From: Paracoccus suum
GTDB lineage: Bacteria; Pseudomonadota; Alphaproteobacteria; Rhodobacterales; Rhodobacteraceae
NCBI RefSeq assembly: GCF_003324675.1
Contig: NZ_CP030918.1
Location: forward strand, 2,400,001-2,432,000
DNA: 32,000 nucleotides
Direction: 5' to 3'
Under the pieces are notes generated by a model. The model ran no database searches. It saw only the letters and a program-made list of their open reading frames with translations, and was not told where the DNA came from. Made by a program: the position numbers and the translations under genes. This document shows, one piece after another, positions 15,212 through 21,972 of the stretch (its first letter is position 1; every line of letters starts with the position of its first letter).

Positions 15212-16116
15212 CCCCGGTTGCGCACGGTCATGATCAGGGTCTTGCTCTCGAGATCGGTGAAGCCCGCAGCCTTGAACGCGTCGCGCAGCTCGCGGATCAG
15301 ATCCTTGGCCTCGCGCGCCGTCGTGCCTTCGACATGGGATCCGGAGGCGACCTGATCGCGCGACAGCGCCTTTTCCAGCAGGCGCTCGAACACGGGGAAG
15401 ATCTGACGCGACAGAATGACGGAGCGACCGTTCCAGTTAACCTCGGCCGTGGCTCGCCGAACGCGAAGCACGGGCGTCACCGGGACCGGCGCCAAGGCAG
15501 CGACGTCGATTGCGGCGCCGAGACCATCCGAGGCGGGCGTCAGCAGCGCGAGGGTTTCGACCAGATGAAAGCCAGCATCGTGATGTCGCCGGGCAGCCTC
15601 CGGGGGTAACTCCGGTGCGAGTATCGTGATGTCCGAGCCCTGCGCGGCCTGGCGCAACGATGCGATGATGCCGTCGCCGGTGAGGGCTGCAGGCTCAAGC
15701 GCAAGAAACACCGCCCCTCCCAATGGCGTATCGCCGAGCCGCCAGACCTTCTCCCTCGCGAGTTTCGGGGCCGCGCCGAACCCTGCTGCCGCGCCGATCA
15801 CGGATGCCAGCGCTTCACTGCCGATGCGGAACGCCCGCAGATCGTCCTCGGTGAGATCGATGTCCTGTCGGCGATCGAGCGGACACTCGGCCCGAAATGC
15901 ATCACCCGCTTTCCGGATCGGCCGACAGGGGAGGCCGCACTCGCATGCATCGCAGACCTCCCATTCGGTGAGCGGCGCCTGTTCGACGAGGACGCGCCTT
16001 GCCAGCAGCCGATCGAAGAGCGGACCAAAGAAGGGTGCGGCAAGCTCGCCGGGCAGGATCGCGTCGTCGCCTGCCTCACTCAGCCGCGTCAACAAGCTCA
16101 AAATCGTCTCGGTCAT
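15166..16116 (-). CDS. 316-aa protein: N-terminal Cys cluster plus C-terminal OmpR/PhoB-type winged-helix DNA-binding domain
   Basis: Cys cluster: CDACECGLPCRPIRKAGDAFRAEC. C-terminus: VNWNGRSVILSRQIFPVFERLLE...IRELRDAF...IMTVRNRGYRLG, matching the trans_reg_C pattern (..Lt..Ef.ll..L....I..LR.k.....I.TvrG.GYrl). No receiver domain. Confidence 0.7.
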   Translation of the reverse strand: MTETILSLLTRLSEAGDDAILPGELAAPFFGPLFDRLLARRVLVEQAPLTEWEVCDACECGLPCRPIRKAGDAFRAECPLDRRQDIDLTEDDLRAFRIGSEALASVIGAAAGFGAAPKLAREKVWRLGDTPLGGAVFLALEPAALTGDGIIASLRQAAQGSDITILAPELPPEAARRHHDAGFHLVETLALLTPASDGLGAAIDVAALAPVPVTPVLRVRRATAEVNWNGRSVILSRQIFPVFERLLEKALSRDQVASGSHVEGTTAREAKDLIRELRDAFKAAGFTDLESKTLIMTVRNRGYRLGVPASDIVVDG

Positions 16117-17317
16117 TCATCAGCCCGTTCCGTTCGATCAGCTTCATCACCCGCGCTTCATGTTGGGTGCGGCGAAACTGCACGACGCCCGGAGGCCGCA
16201 GCTTGACCGTCACCTGCGACTGGCGCTTGCCGTCGCCCTTGAACAGGATCCGGAACACGAGCTCGCCCAGCCGCCAGGCGCCGGCGAACGAGACCGGTGT
16301 GCTACCGAAATGCTGGAGCGCGTCACCGCCGAGATCCCGCGAACGCAGCGTGCGCACCACGCGGGGATACCCCTTCTTGCCGGGCGCCATCAGGTCGGCC
16401 GCCGCCTCGATGATCAGCACCTTGTCGATCAGCGGATCGTAGGCGGCATCGAAGGCGAAGCCCGGTCCGGCCAGTTCGACCGGGCGCAGGGTATAGAGGT
16501 CCTGCGCATCGTCGCCGTCAAAGAAACCGGGCCTGTCCAGAATGATCGAGGCGAAAAGTTCCGCGATCTCAGGCTGATGCGCCTTCCGGATGCGGGCCAG
16601 CCGCAGCATGCCGGTGTTTTCAGAGTATCGCAGCACCGCGTGCGAAATTTGCCGCACGCTGATGACCCGCTCCTGCTGGCCCTCGACGACCGGCATGGTC
16701 GAGACCATGGAGCCATGGCTGACCACGAGATTGATCTCGTCATCGTCGTCGTAATCGCCCACCCGGCAGTAATCGCCGAGGAACGCATCGCGGAACAGCT
16801 CCGCGACGGCCGTCCGGAATGCCTCTACCTTCTCCTCGGTCAGGTCGATTGCGACGCCGCGTTCCCGCCCGGCGTACTCATGGAGGCGATCAGCGGTGAG
16901 CATCGCCATGTGGTCGGCGGCGGCATCGAACAGCTCGGGATGCTCCAGAAAGACCCGGACGGCGATGTGTTTGGGGTCATGCGCCTTGTTCGGCGCGTCC
17001 TCGTCGCCGGTCTTCATGTCCGGGAACAGATCGATGCCCTGACGATCGGCCTGCGCCTGGATGATCTCCAGGCCGCGGGCATCGCCCAGTTCCGCGATGC
17101 GGTGCAGATCGCCGCGCAGCCCTTCAGGATAGCTGTCCTCGGCGCCGGTCAGCAGCTTCTCCAGCGCCTCGCGGGCGGCATCCTCCTCCTGGTCCAGCAG
17201 ATCGACGGAGAAGCTCTTGTACTTGCCCTCGTGCCGAGCCAGCAGCGGCTTCATCAGGGCGAGGTCGATGGTCTTGATGAACCGGGGGTTCACGAACTTC
17301 TTCAGATTGCCGGCCAT
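16076..17317 (-). CDS. 413-aa protein of unknown function (no motif recognised)
   Basis: GGAGAGGA RBS ~8 nt upstream of ATG 17317. Protein-like acidic composition. No Walker A, nuclease or HTH motif seen. Overlaps the downstream wHTH gene by 41 nt. Confidence 0.7.
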   Translation of the reverse strand: MAGNLKKFVNPRFIKTIDLALMKPLLARHEGKYKSFSVDLLDQEEDAAREALEKLLTGAEDSYPEGLRGDLHRIAELGDARGLEIIQAQADRQGIDLFPDMKTGDEDAPNKAHDPKHIAVRVFLEHPELFDAAADHMAMLTADRLHEYAGRERGVAIDLTEEKVEAFRTAVAELFRDAFLGDYCRVGDYDDDDEINLVVSHGSMVSTMPVVEGQQERVISVRQISHAVLRYSENTGMLRLARIRKAHQPEIAELFASIILDRPGFFDGDDAQDLYTLRPVELAGPGFAFDAAYDPLIDKVLIIEAAADLMAPGKKGYPRVVRTLRSRDLGGDALQHFGSTPVSFAGAWRLGELVFRILFKGDGKRQSQVTVKLRPPGVVQFRRTQHEARVMKLIERNGLMNDRDDFELVDAAE

Positions 17318-17455
17318 CCCGAATCCTCTCCGCTGCAGGTTGTTTGTTCATCTTATGTTTCCGGCGCGTGAGCATGCAACCTGTGCGTGATCGCGTGGGA
17401 CGAACCTCGAGAGAGGTGAGTAGAGGCCCGAGGAGACGACCGACCCGAGGCCCGC

Positions 17456-17659
17456 ATGAAACGCCCGAACCCACTCCCCCCCGATCGGATGACCGCCGCT
17501 GAGCGCCGCACGGAGCTGTGCAACCTGCTGGCGCTCGGGCTGGTTCGGTTGCGGATGCGAGAGCGAGGCGAACACCCTGACGATACTGGAGAAATTTGCC
17601 TACACTCTCCGACCGACCAATGCCGTCATGCAACTCCAACTCACCGGAGAACCGCATGA
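17456..17659 (+). CDS. small conserved-looking ORF preceding DUF2924 (67 aa)
   Basis: Its stop (17657-17659) overlaps the DUF2924 ATG (17656-17658) as ATGA. The pattern MTAAERRTELCNLLALGLVRLRMRE...GE..L..SP.Q..HA resembles short ORFs I recall upstream of recombinase cassettes in alphaproteobacteria. The start could instead be the internal ATG at 17489. Confidence 0.5.
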   Translation: MKRPNPLPPDRMTAAERRTELCNLLALGLVRLRMRERGEHPDDTGEICLHSPTDQCRHATPTHRRTA

Positions 17660-18111
17660 CGACCCACGATCCGATCCCCGCGCGCCTGGCCGCGCTGAAC
17701 ACCGCGACGACGCCGGACCTGAAGAAGCAGTGGCGGGAGATGTTCGACAGCGAGCCGCCGCCGTTCAACCGCCGCTACCTCGAAAGCCGGCTGGCCTACC
17801 GCATCCAGGAACTCGCCTATGGCGGGCTGAAGCCGGAGACGATCCGGCGCCTCGAACGGCTCGGCGAGGAACTGGACGGCGGCGACAGGAAGAAGCGTGG
17901 CATGCGCGCCGACCGTGACCGCCCGATCACCGGGACGCGGTTGCTGCGCGAGTGGCAGGGTGTCGAGCAGGTCGTCACCGTCACCGCCGATGGCTTCGAA
18001 TGGCAGGGGCGGCCCTACAAGTCGCTGTCCGCCATCGCCCGCGCCATCACCGGCACCCGCTGGAATGGCTGGACCTTCTTCGGGCTCAAGAACCACAGGG
18101 GTCGGAAATGA
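17656..18111 (+). CDS. DUF2924 domain protein (serine-recombinase accessory)
   Basis: LKKQWREMFDSEPPPFNRRYLESRLAYRIQELAYGGLKPET...GTRLLREWQG..H.V.V...GFEWQGRPYKSLSAIARAITGTRWNGWTFFGL is the classic DUF2924 pattern. GGAGAA RBS 6 nt upstream. Confidence 0.8.
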   Translation: MTTHDPIPARLAALNTATTPDLKKQWREMFDSEPPPFNRRYLESRLAYRIQELAYGGLKPETIRRLERLGEELDGGDRKKRGMRADRDRPITGTRLLREWQGVEQVVTVTADGFEWQGRPYKSLSAIARAITGTRWNGWTFFGLKNHRGRK

Positions 18112-19433
18112 CGAAGCCGCCCGAAAAAGCGAAGGTCGTCCGCAAGCTGCGCTGCGCGGTCTACACCCGGAAATCCTCCGAGGAGGGACTGGAGCAGGAG
18201 TTCAACTCGCTCCATGCCCAGCGTGAGGCTTGCGAAGCGTACATCGCCAGCCAGCGCTCCGAGGGTTGGGTGCTGGTCCGCGATCAGTATGACGATGGCG
18301 GCATATCCGGCGGCACGCTCGAGCGCCCCGGCTTGAAGCGGCTGCTGGAGGACATCGAGGACGGGCTGGTCGACGTGGTGGTGGTCTACAAGATCGACCG
18401 CCTCAGCCGCTCGCTGGCCGATTTCGCCAAGCTGGTCGAGGTATTCGACCGGAACGGCGTCACCTTCGTCTCGGTGACGCAGAGCTTCAACACCACGACG
18501 TCGATGGGGCGGCTGACGCTGAACATCCTGCTCAGCTTCGCCCAGTTCGAGCGCGAGGTGACGGCCGAGCGGATCCGCGACAAGGTCGCCGCCAGCCGGA
18601 AGAAGGGGATGTGGATGGGCGGCGTGCCGCCCTACGGCTACCGCGTCGAGAACAGGAAGTTGCTGGTCGACGAGGAAAGCGCCCCACATGTGCGCTGGAT
18701 CTTCGCCCGCTTCCTCGAGATCGGGTCCTGCACGGAACTGGCGCGGGAGGTCGGCACGCGCGGCATCCGCACTCCCCGCGGCAACCGGATCGACAAGAAA
18801 TACATCTATCGGATGCTCAGCAACCGCGCCTACATCGGCGAAGCGGTCCACAAGGGCGACAGCTATCCCGGCGAACACGACGCGATCATCGACAGCGCGA
18901 CGTGGGACCGCGTCCACGCCATCCTGCTGGAAAGCCCGCGCAAGCGCGCCGCCCGGACTCGCGCCGACACACCTGCGTTGCTGAAGGGGCTGCTCTACGG
19001 CCCGGACGGCGCTGCCTTCTCGCCGACGCATACCCGCAAGGGCGGACGGCTGTACCGCTACTATGTCAGCCAGACGGTGCTGAAGCATGGCGCCGGATCG
19101 TGTCCAGTCGGCCGCGTGCAAGCGGGGGAGATCGAGGCGGCCGTCATTGACCAGCTGCGCACCGTGTTCCGCCAGCCTGAGATCGTTGCAGGGACGTGGA
19201 AGGCGGCGCGTGCGGAGATCGGCGACATCACCGAATCCGACGCCCGCGCGGCGCTGCAGCAACTCGATCCGCTGTGGAACGAACTCTTCCCCGCCGAGCA
19301 GGCGCGAATCGTGGCGCTGCTGGTCGGGCGCGTGGACATCGGCATGGACGGATTGAACGTCCGGCTCCGCATGGATGGTCTTGGCGCCCTTGCGCGCGAG
19401 ATACTGGCCGGAGACATGGGAGCGGCCGCATGA
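18108..19433 (+). CDS. large serine recombinase (resolvase/invertase catalytic domain plus recombinase domain)
   Basis: AVYTRKSSEEG (catalytic Ser), VYKIDRLSRSL, SFAQFERE, GGVPPYGY. ATG 18108-18110 overlaps the DUF2924 stop as ATGA. Confidence 0.9.
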   Translation: MTKPPEKAKVVRKLRCAVYTRKSSEEGLEQEFNSLHAQREACEAYIASQRSEGWVLVRDQYDDGGISGGTLERPGLKRLLEDIEDGLVDVVVVYKIDRLSRSLADFAKLVEVFDRNGVTFVSVTQSFNTTTSMGRLTLNILLSFAQFEREVTAERIRDKVAASRKKGMWMGGVPPYGYRVENRKLLVDEESAPHVRWIFARFLEIGSCTELAREVGTRGIRTPRGNRIDKKYIYRMLSNRAYIGEAVHKGDSYPGEHDAIIDSATWDRVHAILLESPRKRAARTRADTPALLKGLLYGPDGAAFSPTHTRKGGRLYRYYVSQTVLKHGAGSCPVGRVQAGEIEAAVIDQLRTVFRQPEIVAGTWKAARAEIGDITESDARAALQQLDPLWNELFPAEQARIVALLVGRVDIGMDGLNVRLRMDGLGALAREILAGDMGAAA

Positions 19434-19852
19434 CCCGCGGCACGCCGGTTCCTCAGACCGTGACGCTCCACGTCCCGTTCCGCGTCGTGAAGCGCGGTGG
19501 GCGCAAGGAGATGCAGTTGCCTGCCGGCGCCGCGCAACAGCGCAAGGCAAACAGCACACTTATCAAGGCTCTGGCCCGCGCGTTCCGCTGGAAGCGAATG
19601 CTCGAGTCGGCTGAATTTGCCACCATCGCTGAACTGGCTGAGCGAGAGGGGATTGCGCAATCATACATGACGCGTGTCCTCCGACTCACGCTGCTCGCCC
19701 CCCACATCGTCGAGGCGATCCTCGACGGGCGGCACGACCCGGAGGTGGAGCTGACGCGGCTGTCTGAGCCGCTTCCGTTCGAGTGGGCAGACCATTCCGC
19801 CCACTTCACGAAAGCCACCAAAGGGGGAACGCGCGCATGCGCCGATGTCTAA
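19430..19852 (+). CDS. recombinase-associated HTH protein (ParB/KorB-like HTH)
   Basis: ATG 19430-19432 overlaps the recombinase stop as ATGA. TIAELAEREGIAQSYMTRVLRLTLLAPHIVEAILDGR is a ParB-type HTH plus the 'LAPDIVEAIL.G' motif. Confidence 0.7.
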   Translation: MTRGTPVPQTVTLHVPFRVVKRGGRKEMQLPAGAAQQRKANSTLIKALARAFRWKRMLESAEFATIAELAEREGIAQSYMTRVLRLTLLAPHIVEAILDGRHDPEVELTRLSEPLPFEWADHSAHFTKATKGGTRACADV

Positions 19853-19983
19853 GAGGATCCCAGATTATTCCCACGCAACCGCCTGAGGGGGTACGCAAAG
19901 TGGTTTGCACCGGCTATACGCATCCCTTAAGGAGCCGCAAGAACAATGGCGGAACACTGCGCGACGCGCACGAAAGTCTGACG

Positions 19984-21972
19984 ATGGAATTTGATGTTGA
20001 TGCCGAGCTGTCGAAGCTCACCCGAGACGAGCTCGAGCGCCTTGCGAAGAGCATGATGACCAGCGGGGTGGCGCTCAGCTTCCACGGCCGACGTTCCGCC
20101 ATGCAGATCGCCAAGCGTGTCCGTCCTCGCCAGACTCGCCGGGAGCCTCGCCTCAATGTTGGCACGCCGGAGGCTCAAGCGAGGAATATGCTGATCGAAG
20201 GCGAAAACCTCCAAGCAATGGTGACGCTGTACAAGTATCGGGGCCAAGTCGATCTGATCGTCACGGATCCCCCTTACAACACCGGGCAGTATTTTCGCTA
20301 CAACGACCGGTGGGACAACGACCCGAACGACCCGGACCTCGGAACCATCGTGTCCAACGAGGACGGCTCCAAGCACACGAAATGGATCAAGGCAATGATG
20401 CCCCGCCTTCAGATAATGAAGGCGATGCTTAAACCATCCGGCGTGGTAGCAATCTGTATCGATGATAACGAGCTTTTTCATCTCGGTATGATGATGGACG
20501 AAGTTTTCGGGGAGAATAACCGGGTAGCTATCATCAATTGGCAGAAAGCATACTCTCCGAAAGGCGGAAATTCGATATCGAAGACCACTGATTACGTATT
20601 GGTCTACGCGAAGGACAAAGATCTCTCGAGGATGCAGCTGCTCCCGATTGACCGGTCTGGCACGAAGAACATTGACGGCGATGATGGGGGGGACTGGATT
20701 CCAACAGACCCGACAGCCAGGCAACACCGTGGAGCCACAGCCTATGCAATCCAGTCGCCGTTTACGGGCCATTTGCATTATCCAAACGGGGAATACGTCT
20801 TCGATGGACAGCTTCCGGAGCCCAGATCGCACTGGGTAAACTTCACAAAAGAGGAGGTCATCAAGTATCTCGCTGAGTGGGGTGTGAAGTACGTTGAACG
20901 CGACCTAGGCGATGGCCGGGGCAACGCTCTAGTCATCGCTGACTCTGATGTTGCCTTGGAGGGGTATCGGCCAGACCGGGACATGGCGGTTCAGCGAGCT
21001 GCACAGCTGGCGACTGAGCGTCGACAAAAGGGCAATTGGCCAAAGCTCTTCTTTCGCGACGATAAGAGTAGGAGACCTGGCGCGGGCCGCCCGCGGCTCA
21101 AGACGCCGATCGATGCAGTTCGGGCTGGCATGATTCCGACAACCTTCTGGGATGAAGATTTGTATGAATTCCCGATCGAGATCGGGTCCGTCACGTGGCC
21201 ACATGCACAATCTGGCCATTCAGATATGGCTCGCAAAGAGCTGGACGCGATCGTTGGAAAAGGACATGCGTTCGATACGGTTAAGCCTTTGCGTCTCCTA
21301 AAGAAGATCATCCAAATCTGGTGTCCACCAGAAGGTCTGGTTCTCGATCCTTATGCTGGTTCTGGATCGACAGGTCACGCAGTTCTTGAACTCAATCATG
21401 ACCTCGGCTCCTCCAGGCGTTTTATACTCATCGAGCAAGGCGCGCCTGAGAACGGTGACAAATATGCTCGTACACTGACTTGGCAACGCCTCAAGAACGC
21501 TGTGACTGGGGAGCGGCCCACGGGTAAACCAGCTACAGCCCTAGGCGGCGGCTTCGAGTATCGGCTCCTCACGAAGACCATCGACGCGAAGACGGTTCTC
21601 ACCATGCAGCGGGACGAGCTGATAGATGTGGTGCTGACTTCCCACTGGGAGACGCATAAGCGTTCTGCCCCGAGCCTCACCCGAGTTGATGGCGTTGACT
21701 ATCAGTATCTTGTCGGGAAGGATCAGAATGGTGAGGGATACTTCTTGATTTGGGACAATGGTGGCCCTGTCGGATCCCTTAACCGCGACACATACAAGCA
21801 AGTCGTGTCCGAGGCTAAAAAGGCTGGCCTTGAACCACCTTTCCATGTCTACGCCCGATACGAGCTTTTCCAGTCGTCGAACGTTCGTTTCTGGAAGATT
21901 CCGGACAAGATCCTTGCGGATCTTGGTTTGACGGACAATGATCAGTTCAACAATTCTGACGATAACGAATAA
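19984..21972 (+). CDS. mod: Type III-like restriction-modification methyltransferase (Mod; beta-class N6A/N4C MTase)
   Basis: TDPPYNT (motif IV) in the N-terminal third, ICIDDNE, and LDPYAGSGSTGHA (motif I) in the C-terminal third give the permuted order typical of Type III Mod. Stop TAA 21970-21972 overlaps the res ATG (TAATG). Low GC. Confidence 0.85.
   Translation: MEFDVDAELSKLTRDELERLAKSMMTSGVALSFHGRRSAMQIAKRVRPRQTRREPRLNVGTPEAQARNMLIEGENLQAMVTLYKYRGQVDLIVTDPPYNTGQYFRYNDRWDNDPNDPDLGTIVSNEDGSKHTKWIKAMMPRLQIMKAMLKPSGVVAICIDDNELFHLGMMMDEVFGENNRVAIINWQKAYSPKGGNSISKTTDYVLVYAKDKDLSRMQLLPIDRSGTKNIDGDDGGDWIPTDPTARQHRGATAYAIQSPFTGHLHYPNGEYVFDGQLPEPRSHWVNFTKEEVIKYLAEWGVKYVERDLGDGRGNALVIADSDVALEGYRPDRDMAVQRAAQLATERRQKGNWPKLFFRDDKSRRPGAGRPRLKTPIDAVRAGMIPTTFWDEDLYEFPIEIGSVTWPHAQSGHSDMARKELDAIVGKGHAFDTVKPLRLLKKIIQIWCPPEGLVLDPYAGSGSTGHAVLELNHDLGSSRRFILIEQGAPENGDKYARTLTWQRLKNAVTGERPTGKPATALGGGFEYRLLTKTIDAKTVLTMQRDELIDVVLTSHWETHKRSAPSLTRVDGVDYQYLVGKDQNGEGYFLIWDNGGPVGSLNRDTYKQVVSEAKKAGLEPPFHVYARYELFQSSNVRFWKIPDKILADLGLTDNDQFNNSDDNE

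Noticed and set aside
17399-17406. GGACGAAC, the core of the origin iteron, in the recombinase-side intergenic region
   Set aside because: A single 8-mer match is roughly what chance predicts in 64 kb of two-strand sequence, and the flanking bases of the 11-mer do not match.
19898-19913. AAGTGG(TTTG)CACCGG upstream of mod versus AAGTGGCACCGG at 24349-24360 downstream of res, as possible direct repeats flanking the R-M cassette
   Set aside because: Only 12 matching bases interrupted by an indel. This is too short and imperfect to call an att or target duplication without comparative data.
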